Notes: generated by a model from the letters alone, not told the origin. 64,000 nt of DNA from Opitutia bacterium (GCA_002862945.1 PKCJ01000107.1:1485-65484), one strand, 5' to 3'. Positions 20,583 to 30,241 are shown, counted from the first letter of the stretch. Numbers and translations: made by a program.

Positions 20583-21125
20583 TTAGCCCCCGTTTTCTTG
20601 GCGCTCCAATTCAGCGAGTTCCTGCTGCGCCTTGGCAATACGCTCTTGAGCTTCTTGAATTCGGCGGGCGCGAGTCTGAGATTCTTCGTAAGATTTCTTT
20701 TTGGCAGCGAGTTGCGCCTCAACCCGAGCGGCTTCTCGCTCGGCAGCGCTCACATCCTCGGTAGTCGCCTTGCGGGCAATCTCGTCGCGAATGCGTTTTT
20801 CTTCTAGATTTTTAATATCGGCTTCCAATGACTCTTGAGCCTGCACTTCTTGCTCATACTCGTATTGGCGCTGAACCTCAGCCGCTTCGAGGGCTTCCTT
20901 GCGCTTGTCCAGTTCGTTACCGCCTATCCCGCCTAGTGCCCCGCCGACGGCAGCACCTGCGAGAATATTTAAATCACTGCCATCACCCATTTGCGCTCCA
21001 GCGACCCCCCCGAGAATAGCACCGACCACGATGCCGATGTCGCGTCCGCTGTTAGGGTTGCTCTGGCAACCTGTTGAAAAAATGAGTGTATTAATTAGTA
21101 AAATAGAGAGAGTAAATTTATTCAT
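20583..21125 (-). CDS. glycine-zipper lipoprotein with a C-terminal coiled coil
   Basis: Lipobox STGC, glycine zipper GIVVGAILGGVAGA...GAAVGGALGGIGG, and an E/A/Q/R-rich helix. Confidence 0.85.
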   Translation of the reverse strand: MNKFTLSILLINTLIFSTGCQSNPNSGRDIGIVVGAILGGVAGAQMGDGSDLNILAGAAVGGALGGIGGNELDKRKEALEAAEVQRQYEYEQEVQAQESLEADIKNLEEKRIRDEIARKATTEDVSAAEREAARVEAQLAAKKKSYEESQTRARRIQEAQERIAKAQQELAELERQENGG

Positions 21126-21154
21126 TAGTCTACAAATAAGGTCTCTTGCAGAAA

Positions 21155-21183
21155 TTGCAATGCACAGAATAATGTGTTATTAT
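21155..21183 (+). promoter_or_regulatory. putative sigma70 promoter of the exbB-like/vWA operon
   Basis: TTGCAA (21155-60), 17-bp spacer, extended -10 TGnTATTAT (21175-83). Overlaps the palindrome TTGCA-N5-TGCAA (21146-60). Confidence 0.5.
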
Positions 21184-21209
21184 AATCTGATTAAATTTCC
21201 TAGCTAATT

Positions 21210-22115
21210 ATGAGTTTACGAAATCCTGAACGTGGCCTCCTCTCAGTCAAAGGTCTTATCTTCACCCTTGGCCTTATAGCTTCCTTCATCTTTGTCGGTG
21301 CGATCTATAGCATCCTCATCCGGCCGGGCGCGAACAAAGCCGATCTAGCCAACAGCTTCGGCGTCGATGTGGGATCATCTTTTTCCAGCTTCTTTGTTAT
21401 CCTCAAAGACTATGAGCAGCAAATGTGCCTCTCTCTTTTTCTCTGGGGTGTCATGATCCTTATTTATAAATTCATTCTGCTCAAAAGCGAGGCCAAGGCC
21501 CTCGGCCGTTTTGCTCCAGGGAGCGAAGGCATTGAGGCCGACCCCGAAGTCGAGCTACTCGGCGAAAGCCGTAGCATCTCGCGCCAGCGGGCCGGTCAGC
21601 TCTCGACTGTAATTGACAGCAAGAGCGAACTGCCCGATCTGCGTAATAAAATCCTGCCTTACGTCATGGCACGCGGGCTTGAGCGCTACCATATTACAGG
21701 TAGCGTTCCCGAAGCCACTGAAACTATCATGGGGCGCCTCGAAGTCGCCTCCGAACAGCAAGAGAGTGAGCTCTCGATGCTCCGATACCTTGTCTGGGCG
21801 ATCCCCTCCATCGGTTTCATCGGCACCGTCCGTGGTATCGGCGTCGCGCTACAACGTGCCGATCAAGCCCTCAAAGGTGATATTTCTGGAGTGACTAGTG
21901 CGCTTGGCGTCGCTTTCAACTCCACCCTAGTCGCCCTCTTTGTTAGTATACTCCTCATGCTACTCATTCACCTCCTTCAAGGCGGCCAAGAAGGTCTCAT
22001 CCTACGCCTGCAAACCTTTTGCCGCGAGCAGCTCATCGACAAGCTCTGCGACCACAAGGATTCACAAAGCGTGGTGAAGAATTCAGATGCGCCAGAAGCT
22101 GAAAGTAGCGTTTAA
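21210..22115 (+). CDS. MotA/TolQ/ExbB proton-channel family protein
   Basis: WAIPSIGFIGTVRGI and LGVAFNSTLVAL match the family's last two TM signatures; four predicted TM segments. Confidence 0.9.
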   Translation: MSLRNPERGLLSVKGLIFTLGLIASFIFVGAIYSILIRPGANKADLANSFGVDVGSSFSSFFVILKDYEQQMCLSLFLWGVMILIYKFILLKSEAKALGRFAPGSEGIEADPEVELLGESRSISRQRAGQLSTVIDSKSELPDLRNKILPYVMARGLERYHITGSVPEATETIMGRLEVASEQQESELSMLRYLVWAIPSIGFIGTVRGIGVALQRADQALKGDISGVTSALGVAFNSTLVALFVSILLMLLIHLLQGGQEGLILRLQTFCREQLIDKLCDHKDSQSVVKNSDAPEAESSV

Positions 22116-22169
22116 GCGCGCCCCAAGCTTGCCGGCTCTAAGGGCCACCCAATCACTCAACCAGCACCG

Positions 22170-23183
22170 ATGCCTAAACGCCGCGAAGCCCAGAGTTCAG
22201 CGCTCTCATTTATGGATTGTATCTGCTGCGGTTTTGGGGCGGTGCTTCTGCTATTCATTCTAACGGCCAAGGCGCAGATTACCGACAGTCAAGAAAAGGC
22301 CAAGCAATCCGTCAATGCTGCTAAGACCCTCGAAACCGCCATCCACGAGGCCAAGGCTAGAAAGTTAGCGCTTGAAAAAGAAATTGAAGCCCTCGACCCT
22401 CAGCCCAATATCAAGGCATCCAGCGTGGCCGCACTCGCTGTCGAACAAGAGCGCTTAGCCAAAGCAGTCGAAGATCAGACCAATGCCCTGACTGCACTTA
22501 AAACCAATGCTGAGCCAACTAAACAACCAGCCGCCCTCGACCGTCCCTCCGCCGACAACAGTTATCTCTCGGGCCTACGGCTGCGCGCACCACGCGCTGT
22601 CATTCTACTCGAAAGCTCTGGCAGTATGCTAGCTGAAGATGCCAAGACCGCCATTCAAATCATCCAACAAGGCACTGGAGCTAAGTCCAAGAAATGGCTA
22701 CGCAGTAAAGCCGCCGTCCGCGCTGTTCTTGCTGCAATCCCCGAAGGTACGCAGGTCGCTATCTTCGCCATGGCTGAAGAGACCCTAGCGCTCTCTGGCA
22801 GCACTAAGAATCCCTACATCGACCCCTACGACAACAAGGCCCTGCTTTCCTTCCTCGACCGTCTCGACAAACTAAAAGCCAGCGGTGGTGCTGACCTATC
22901 GAAAGCCCTTCAAACCGTCACCCAAATGCGCCAACGCCCAAGCAGTTTACTCTTAATCGGAGACGGGCTGCCCACTGCACCTGCGCCGCGTAGCGGCAGC
23001 CTGACTGAAGCCGACCGCGTTAAGCTCTTCAACCGGGCCATGGCTATTCGCTTCAACTACCCCTTCAACGCCATCCTCTTCCCCTTTAGCGGGGACCCTT
23101 CCGCCGCCGGACTCTTCTGGCAACTAAGTGGTCGCACTAAGGGCATTACCCTCATCCCCGACAACGATTGGCCTAGCCTCTAG
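22170..23183 (+). CDS. ExbD-like TM + coiled coil + vWA domain protein
   Basis: N-terminal LSFMDCICCGFGAVLLLFIL; vWA motifs VILLESSGSM and LLIGDGLPT. Confidence 0.85.
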   Translation: MPKRREAQSSALSFMDCICCGFGAVLLLFILTAKAQITDSQEKAKQSVNAAKTLETAIHEAKARKLALEKEIEALDPQPNIKASSVAALAVEQERLAKAVEDQTNALTALKTNAEPTKQPAALDRPSADNSYLSGLRLRAPRAVILLESSGSMLAEDAKTAIQIIQQGTGAKSKKWLRSKAAVRAVLAAIPEGTQVAIFAMAEETLALSGSTKNPYIDPYDNKALLSFLDRLDKLKASGGADLSKALQTVTQMRQRPSSLLLIGDGLPTAPAPRSGSLTEADRVKLFNRAMAIRFNYPFNAILFPFSGDPSAAGLFWQLSGRTKGITLIPDNDWPSL

Positions 23184-23243
23184 AAAAATCTCACATGCTG
23201 AAATTCGAAGAACTATTAAGCTGGAAATTAGTCAACTGAATCA

Positions 23244-24236
23244 ATGATTAAACGCCGTCCTATCGAGGTCTTCAGCCTCTCATTTCTCGACTGCCTCTGC
23301 TGTGGCTTCGGGGCGATTCTGCTGCTCTTCATCTTATCCATCGGTTCAGGACCACATGGGGTTGAGAGTGAAGTCGACGTGCCAACTCTCAGAGCCATGC
23401 AAGCGCAACTTACCATACTCGAAGACGACGTGGCCAATCAGACCGCCCTTCTCGAATCCGCCATCAATAGCGAGCAAACCAGTACCGAGCGAGAGCGTAT
23501 TGTCTCTCTCATTCGAGAATTGGAGTCCAAGCTTATCTACCTTCAGCAGGAATTCAAGAGCCTCCAGGCCACGCTCAGCACCACCGAGCAAGCCGCCGCC
23601 TCGGCTAATCGGCTGATACAGAGCTTCAAACATGAAGACCTTCCACCTATAGGCCTCCCGGCTGAGGCCACCCACGTGGCTTTCGTTGTCGACACCTCAG
23701 GCAGCATGCGTAACCAGATGACAGGCCAACTCCACTATAGTGTGGTCGAACAAATCCGTGAGCTCCTTGAGAGCCTTCCCGAAGTGCGTAGCATCCAGTT
23801 TCTCGACACCAGCGGCAACTACATGCTGAGTAATCGCCGCAACTTTTGGCTGCCCGATTCAATAGGCCTGCGCAAACAAGCACTTCAACAGATTCTCGCC
23901 TATCCCATTGCTAGCGCCAGCGATCCCGAACGCGGCCTGCGCCGTGCCATCCAGGACTTGAAACCCAGCCTCCAGGCAGAGGATTACATGAGTATCTACG
24001 TCGTCGGCGACGACTTCCGGGGATCTACCCAGAGCCTACTCATCCAGCTCGACCGCATGAATCCACGCAGTATGAGCACTGGTAAGCGCCCTGTCTCGAT
24101 CAGTGCCATCGGCTTTCCCACCCTGATCAACCCCTTCCAAATCGGCGCCACCCAAGGCAACACCCGCTACGCAAACATCATGCGTGAAATCGCTGAAGCC
24201 CACGACGGCGTATTGATTTTAAAGCCAAGTATTTAA
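23244..24236 (+). CDS. ExbD-like TM + coiled coil + vWA domain protein (paralog)
   Basis: N-terminal LSFLDCLCCGFGAILLLFIL; MIDAS VAFVVDTSGSM and YVVGDD. Confidence 0.85.
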   Translation: MIKRRPIEVFSLSFLDCLCCGFGAILLLFILSIGSGPHGVESEVDVPTLRAMQAQLTILEDDVANQTALLESAINSEQTSTERERIVSLIRELESKLIYLQQEFKSLQATLSTTEQAAASANRLIQSFKHEDLPPIGLPAEATHVAFVVDTSGSMRNQMTGQLHYSVVEQIRELLESLPEVRSIQFLDTSGNYMLSNRRNFWLPDSIGLRKQALQQILAYPIASASDPERGLRRAIQDLKPSLQAEDYMSIYVVGDDFRGSTQSLLIQLDRMNPRSMSTGKRPVSISAIGFPTLINPFQIGATQGNTRYANIMREIAEAHDGVLILKPSI

Positions 24237-24267
24237 TAAGCTTGGGCCTGATCCTTAATCTCAACTG

Positions 24268-26076
24268 CTAACCTCCGTCTGACGTCTTCAAAATCTTAAT
24301 AAACGCGTCCTGCGGGATGGAGACGCTACCGATATTTTTCATGCGTTTCTTACCCTCTTTTTGTTTTTCAAGAAGTTTACGCTTACGAGAAATATCGCCG
24401 CCGTAACACTTGGCGGTCACGTCTTTGCGATAGGCGCTGATTGTTTCGCGCGCGACGATGTTGCTGCCGACACCGGCTTGGATCGCGATCTTGAACATCT
24501 GCCTGGGTAAGATCTCTTTTAAGCGCTTGCAGAGCACGCGTCCGCGGCCTTCGGCTTTGTCGGAGTGAACGATGGAAGAGAAGGCATCGACGGCCTCTTG
24601 ATTCACAAGAATGTCTAGGCGGCAGAGCTTAGCCTTTTCATAACCGGCCATCTCATAGTCCATCGAGCCGTAGCCGTGAGTGATGCTTTTGAGGCGGTCA
24701 TTAAAATCGACCAAGATTTCGTTGAGCGGCAGACGGCAGACGAGCATGACGCGTTCGCCATCAATCGTTTCAGTGTGCTCACAGATACCGCGCTTCTCAG
24801 AGACCAATGCCAGCACATCACCAATCGAATCAGACGGTATATGAATCGATGTGTTGATCATGGGCTCTTCGATGAACTCGATCTCAGCGGGGTCAGGCAG
24901 GTAGACAGGGTTGTGCACTTCAATCTGCTCGCCGTCTGTCTTAGTGACATGATAAACTACGCTTGGGTAAGTGGAAATCACATCGAGATCATATTCGCGG
25001 CGAATACGCTCTTGGATAATCTCCATGTGAAGCAGACCTAAGAAACCACAACGAAAGCCGAAGCCAAGAGCGACGGAGTTTTCTGACTGGTAAACGAAGG
25101 CAGCATCGTTGAGACGAAGTTTACCCATACCCGCCTTAAGTTTGTTGTAGTCGCTCGTATCGATGGGGTAAATGCCACTAAAAACCATGGGGCTCACCTC
25201 TTTGTAACCGGGTAGCATTTCCTTGGCAGGATTAGCGCTATGGGTGATAGTATCACCGAGCTTGAGGTCAGCTACATCGCGGAGATTCGTCACGACATAG
25301 CCAACATCGCCCGCTTTGAGTGTCTCTTGCTTTGTCATGGCAGGCGAAAACTTGCCAACTTCTTTAACTAGCATCTTGCGCTCGTCACTCATGGTAATAA
25401 TAGGTTCGTTCATCTTAACCTCACCAGAAAAGACACGGACATAACAAATCACACCCTTGTAAGCATCGTAAATGCAGTCGAAAATCAACATGCGCAGCCC
25501 ATCAAATTCCGCCCATCGAGGCTTCGGCACGCGGGTGACAGCGGCTTCAAGTAGGTCTTCAATTCCGATGCCGGTTTTACCACTAGTCATCACAGCCTCA
25601 TCCGCGGGTATTGCTAACACGTCCTCCAACTGCGCCATGATGGCAGGCACGTCAGCACTGGGCAGATCGATCTTGTTGATCACGGGAATGATTTCCAGTC
25701 CCTGCTCCAGCGCAAGGTGAGCATTGGCCACGGTCTGTGCTTCGATGCCTTGAGCGGCATCGATCAGCAACATAGCACCCTCACACGCCGCCAAACTACG
25801 GGAAACTTCGTAAGAAAAATCCACGTGCCCGGGGGTATCGATCAAGTTGAAAACATAGTCATTTCCATCTTTACCTTTATAGACCATCGACACGGGATGG
25901 CTTTTAATCGTGATCCCTCGCTCGCGCTCCAAATCCATAGAGTCAAGAAGCTGGGCTTTCATATCACGCATTTCTACGGTGCGCGTCATCTCGAGGATAC
26001 GGTCAGACAAAGTTGTCTTTCCGTGATCGACGTGGGCGATGATGCAGAAATTGCGAGTATGGTTGAGATCAGTCAT
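24268..26076 (-). CDS. lepA: translation elongation factor 4
   Basis: Motifs RNFCIIAHVDHGKTT, DTPGHVDF and AKCYGGDISRKRKLLEKQKEGKKRMK. Confidence 0.98.
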   Translation of the reverse strand: MTDLNHTRNFCIIAHVDHGKTTLSDRILEMTRTVEMRDMKAQLLDSMDLERERGITIKSHPVSMVYKGKDGNDYVFNLIDTPGHVDFSYEVSRSLAACEGAMLLIDAAQGIEAQTVANAHLALEQGLEIIPVINKIDLPSADVPAIMAQLEDVLAIPADEAVMTSGKTGIGIEDLLEAAVTRVPKPRWAEFDGLRMLIFDCIYDAYKGVICYVRVFSGEVKMNEPIITMSDERKMLVKEVGKFSPAMTKQETLKAGDVGYVVTNLRDVADLKLGDTITHSANPAKEMLPGYKEVSPMVFSGIYPIDTSDYNKLKAGMGKLRLNDAAFVYQSENSVALGFGFRCGFLGLLHMEIIQERIRREYDLDVISTYPSVVYHVTKTDGEQIEVHNPVYLPDPAEIEFIEEPMINTSIHIPSDSIGDVLALVSEKRGICEHTETIDGERVMLVCRLPLNEILVDFNDRLKSITHGYGSMDYEMAGYEKAKLCRLDILVNQEAVDAFSSIVHSDKAEGRGRVLCKRLKEILPRQMFKIAIQAGVGSNIVARETISAYRKDVTAKCYGGDISRKRKLLEKQKEGKKRMKNIGSVSIPQDAFIKILKTSDGG

Positions 26077-26181
26077 GAATGGCAGAAACGCGCTAAAATC
26101 ACGGGCTACGGAAAAAGTTCAACCCTCTTTCTCGAAAACAAACTTTACCTGTGCGAGTGATTCTGGAAACGTACAGAGCAT

Positions 26182-27468
26182 ATGTCAGGCTCCCCACTAC
26201 TCAATATACTCGTGGTCGGCTCTGGTGGGCGTGAACACGCCCTTGTCCAAGAATGCCTTCAAAGCCCGCTTACGGGCAAAGTGATAGCCGCCCCAGGTAA
26301 TGGCGGCATGGCCTCAGAGGCCGAATGCTTTGACGTCTCAGTCGAAGAAATCGAGGAGATGGTTGCTCTTGCCCAAGCGCAGAACATCGGTCTCGTCGTT
26401 GTCGGCCCGGAACTGCCGCTTAGCCTTGGACTCGTCGACGCGCTGGTCGCCGTCGGCATTCCCGCCTACGGTCCCAACGCCGCTGGAGCACGGCTCGAAT
26501 CGAGCAAGGCTTTTTGCAAAGACTTTTTTGCCAAACACAACATCCCGACCGCGGCCTACGGTAATTTTACAGAAATCGCACCCGCCCTCGCCTATCTTGA
26601 AGAGCATCCTGCTCCCATCGTCATCAAAGCCAGCGGCCTTGCCGCAGGTAAGGGTGTCATAATGGCTGAAACGCAGAATGAAGCAATCGCAGCAGTCAAA
26701 AATATGCTCGAAGGCGATGCGTTTGGCAGCAGCGGCAAAGAGATTGTAATCGAAGAGACCCTCTACGGCGAAGAAGCCTCCATACACGTGATCGCCTCGG
26801 GCAAAGAATTCGTCTGCCTGCCTCCCAGCCAAGACCACAAAAGAGCGGGCGAAGGCGACACCGGTCTCAACACAGGTGGTATGGGTGCCTACACCCCGAC
26901 TAGTCGGGTCACGCCCGCCATGCAGGCCGAAATCGAAGAAAAAGTGATCAAACCCACTCTCGCAGGCCTCAAAGCTGACGGCATCGACTACCGCGGCACA
27001 CTCTATGCGGGACTCATGCTGACGGATCAGGGCGTCAAAGTGCTCGAATATAACGTTCGTTTCGGCGACCCTGAGACTCAAGTGCTCCTCCCAATGGTGG
27101 CTGAAGACCTTGTGCCCATACTCCTAGCTTCCGCTAAGGGCGAATCGCTCCCCGCGAAGCTGCAATTCCGCAAAGGTGCGGCCATCGTCGTCGTGCTTGC
27201 CGCAGGTGGCTACCCAGGTAGCTACGCCAAAGGGAATCCAATCACTTTCCCGGATGCACTCCCTGCGAACACCGCAGTCGTTCATGCGGGCACGATTCGC
27301 GATCCTGACGGCATCATCCGCACTGCTGGAGGCCGCGTAATCGGCGTAAGCGGCCAAGCGCCAACTCTAGAAGCTGCAGCCGACCTCGCTTACAAAGTCT
27401 GCGATCAAGTCGATTTTGAAGATAAAATTTTACGCCGCGACATAGGTCATCGGGAATTAGATCGGTGA
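26182..27468 (+). CDS. purD: phosphoribosylamine--glycine ligase
   Basis: Motifs GSGGREHA, KASGLAAGKGV, QDHKR and RFGDPETQ. Confidence 0.98.
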   Translation: MSGSPLLNILVVGSGGREHALVQECLQSPLTGKVIAAPGNGGMASEAECFDVSVEEIEEMVALAQAQNIGLVVVGPELPLSLGLVDALVAVGIPAYGPNAAGARLESSKAFCKDFFAKHNIPTAAYGNFTEIAPALAYLEEHPAPIVIKASGLAAGKGVIMAETQNEAIAAVKNMLEGDAFGSSGKEIVIEETLYGEEASIHVIASGKEFVCLPPSQDHKRAGEGDTGLNTGGMGAYTPTSRVTPAMQAEIEEKVIKPTLAGLKADGIDYRGTLYAGLMLTDQGVKVLEYNVRFGDPETQVLLPMVAEDLVPILLASAKGESLPAKLQFRKGAAIVVVLAAGGYPGSYAKGNPITFPDALPANTAVVHAGTIRDPDGIIRTAGGRVIGVSGQAPTLEAAADLAYKVCDQVDFEDKILRRDIGHRELDR

Positions 27469-27577
27469 ACGAAGAAATAGGTCCTCGCCTCTCCACCCAA
27501 ATATCATGACGGACGTGCAGGCAAGCGGCCCTCATGCCTTTACAAATAGTCTGAACCCTACATTATATAAATAAATC

Positions 27578-28063
27578 ATGGTCGCCGAACGTAATCTAAT
27601 CCTGACTATTTGTACGGGCAATGTATGCCGTAGCCCAATGGCAGAGAAATTACTGCAACATGCGCTGGCTGCAGAGGACGCACCGCTCAACCAGATCGAG
27701 ATCGTCTCCGCAGGTGTTGCTGCAGAGTATGGAGACCCAGCCTCACCCAACTCAGTGACTGCGCTTAAAAAGGTAAAAATCGACCTTGATCGGCACAAAA
27801 GCCAACCCTTGACCCAAGACTTAATTGACCGCGCTTTCCTTATTCTAGGAATGACGCAATCCCACATAGATATCTTGAACCATTACCACACAGGCCTACC
27901 CGAGCGTGTGCACCTCTTCCGTGAATTTATGGGCAGGGGTGAACTCACCGAGATTCCCGACCCTTACGGGCAAAGCTACACAGCCTACTCAGCTTGTTTC
28001 GATTCGATAGCCGAGGCCATTCCTTCGCTGGTTATGTATTTAAAAAACGAATACACAATATAA
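27578..28063 (+). CDS. low-molecular-weight protein phosphatase (LMW-PTP family)
   Basis: P-loop CTGNVCRS and IPDPYG. Confidence 0.93.
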   Translation: MVAERNLILTICTGNVCRSPMAEKLLQHALAAEDAPLNQIEIVSAGVAAEYGDPASPNSVTALKKVKIDLDRHKSQPLTQDLIDRAFLILGMTQSHIDILNHYHTGLPERVHLFREFMGRGELTEIPDPYGQSYTAYSACFDSIAEAIPSLVMYLKNEYTI

Positions 28064-28193
28064 AGCCAGCAATTAGAGCTGAGACTAGAAGCCGAATCGC
28101 AAGCGGACTATAGAAGCTCAATTGATGAATGAAAGTGCGAGCTATCTGTCGGAGCTAGATAATAGCTCAAACGCCACAAAGAGAACGGGGGCA

Positions 28194-30038
28194 TTAAGAC
28201 TTTTTTTCTTCGGTAGTTTCTTCAATTTTAGCTTCATTGACGGGTGGTTCAAACTTAGGCTCTTTGGCTTCAGCGACTTCCGCCTCCGTAGTAGCTTGAA
28301 CCTTTAGCACTTCCGTTTCTTTAACAACTTCAGTTTCAGCGGCAACTTCTTCTTTTGCTTCGCCTTGAGGGTTTGCCTCTACTCCTGATTTTACCTTAGT
28401 AACTTTTGGCTCCTTAGGTTTAGCATCTGGCATCGGTGGGGGCGCAAAGAGACGACCATCTCCGTATTCGGTGACATAGCCTTCAGTGATCAACCAACGC
28501 AGATCAAGCATCAATTGGCGTAGCTTCTTTTGATCTTCTTCGCTAAGTTCAACTTTGGCTTGTGCCTGTGTCGAGGCAGTGGCGTCTATTGTGATAGTTG
28601 GCGTCGCTTCCTCGGCTTCAGGAGCTTTCTCAGTCGCTTCGGACTCGGCAGCTTCCGCCTTTGCTTTCGCAGCAGCTTCGACTTCCGCCTCGGTCATCTT
28701 AAGCACTTCAGGTTTTTGCTTCTGGGTAGCGATGCCAACATATTTACTCGGCAATTTCGAGGCAGGTATCTCGGGATGCTTTTCAATAAAATCGATCAGA
28801 TCACCAATCGATTCAGTAAAGACGGTTTTGCTGTCGCGGAATTTACGCTTAACGGCGCAAACAAATGAGGCGCCCTTTGAACCTTTTTTATACACAGCAA
28901 ACTTATGACGGCGCAGGCGGCCACGAATGTTGTTCGCGGAATCGAGCGGGAAATGCTTTTGACTCTCGACGTAGGCTTCGACCGAGCGGCGAATATCGCC
29001 CATGGGCAGGCGCACGATGTCGCGGCCGGCGAAGCGAATGCTCTCGCCAGAACCGAAGACCTTGTCCTTACGATGCTGGAGAAGAAAGTGACGAGCTGCT
29101 TCAAGCGTTTCTAAAGATTCAGGCTCGCCTTCTTGTTGGTCTTTGACAGTGTAACGCGCTCCCTTTTTCATCGATTCGAGCCAAGCATCGATATGCTCCT
29201 GCTCTTTAGAGCTCTTGACGCGTGCCGTGAATTGCTCGAAGGACATGCCTGTGATACGAGCAGCATAATGAAGCTGAAGAAACTCTTGGTAGCGGTGGTA
29301 ATTTGGGGGGCCCAGTAAATCGCTCGTAATCGTGCAGTAATTGACCATTAGGAAGTTACCTTTTGGTGGTTCCACTTCGATCTCTTCGATCTCGAAAAAT
29401 TGGTCGAGATGGTTCGCCATGACGTGATTGATTGCATCCTCTTCCGTTTCGAAAGGGAGGTGCCCTGGCACAGAGTAGTAAAAAGGTGCAGGCTTGTCAC
29501 CTTTTGCAGGCTTAGGCGAAACGACAACGATGTAACGCTCTGGCTTTTCGAGGAGCAAGTGTGCAATATCAAATAGTTGATAGGTGCGTGCACTAGAACG
29601 TAGGCGATTGATCAGCGCTTCGAAGGCTTCGTCCTGTGGATAGAGATCGACTTTGATAGTCGGTTCAAAATAGGCTGGTGCTAAGGAGCGACTGCGAACA
29701 CCCTCACCACGGTTATCGCGGCGACCTTCACCGCGACTACTGGGCGTACCTTGACCTCGGCGATCTGTTTGACCATCTCTTACAGCTGATTGTCCACCGC
29801 TGGGACGTCCACCTGATCGGCGATCGCGAGGCGCACCGCCTCCGCCACCGCGGCGACCTTTACCTCCCTTGCCACCGCCGAAAGAATCGTAATTCTTTGG
29901 GCGACCGGACTTGGCGTTTTCGTCTGCCCAGTTGGGGCCGAAGTCGAGACCAGAGAGCGCGTTGAGATCTAGAGCTTGTTTTGCTGGCTTAGCTGTTTTG
30001 GGCGTTTCGGTTTGTTTGTCTGCAGGTTTTTCAGCCAT
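28194..30038 (-). CDS. conserved hypothetical protein with an RG-rich N-terminal region and E/K/A-rich tails
   Basis: About 614-aa ORF from ATG 30038. Globular core (LLGPPNYHRYQ, LRWLITEGYVTEYGDGRL) flanked by low-complexity segments. Confidence 0.85.
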   Translation of the reverse strand: MAEKPADKQTETPKTAKPAKQALDLNALSGLDFGPNWADENAKSGRPKNYDSFGGGKGGKGRRGGGGGAPRDRRSGGRPSGGQSAVRDGQTDRRGQGTPSSRGEGRRDNRGEGVRSRSLAPAYFEPTIKVDLYPQDEAFEALINRLRSSARTYQLFDIAHLLLEKPERYIVVVSPKPAKGDKPAPFYYSVPGHLPFETEEDAINHVMANHLDQFFEIEEIEVEPPKGNFLMVNYCTITSDLLGPPNYHRYQEFLQLHYAARITGMSFEQFTARVKSSKEQEHIDAWLESMKKGARYTVKDQQEGEPESLETLEAARHFLLQHRKDKVFGSGESIRFAGRDIVRLPMGDIRRSVEAYVESQKHFPLDSANNIRGRLRRHKFAVYKKGSKGASFVCAVKRKFRDSKTVFTESIGDLIDFIEKHPEIPASKLPSKYVGIATQKQKPEVLKMTEAEVEAAAKAKAEAAESEATEKAPEAEEATPTITIDATASTQAQAKVELSEEDQKKLRQLMLDLRWLITEGYVTEYGDGRLFAPPPMPDAKPKEPKVTKVKSGVEANPQGEAKEEVAAETEVVKETEVLKVQATTEAEVAEAKEPKFEPPVNEAKIEETTEEKKS

Positions 30039-30241
30039 GGCTATCTGGAATAAACGCAACTGATCTTACTTCAGGCATGTGAGTTGGATCAATCAAGTAG
30101 GTGTTATTAGGTTAAACTTTTTGAAGATACAAGCATGAGCACGGCCTTTTTTTATATAAAGTGGGTATTTTTCAGAAATTTATATTGATCTCCAAAAAAA
30201 GCTATCTATCTAACGAACTTTGCTACTTAAGCGTAGTCCAA

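Noticed and set aside
26338-27081. Long antisense ORFs (here opposite purD; also 7239-7862 and 42185-42673)
   Set aside because: They are antisense shadows of conserved genes caused by codon bias.
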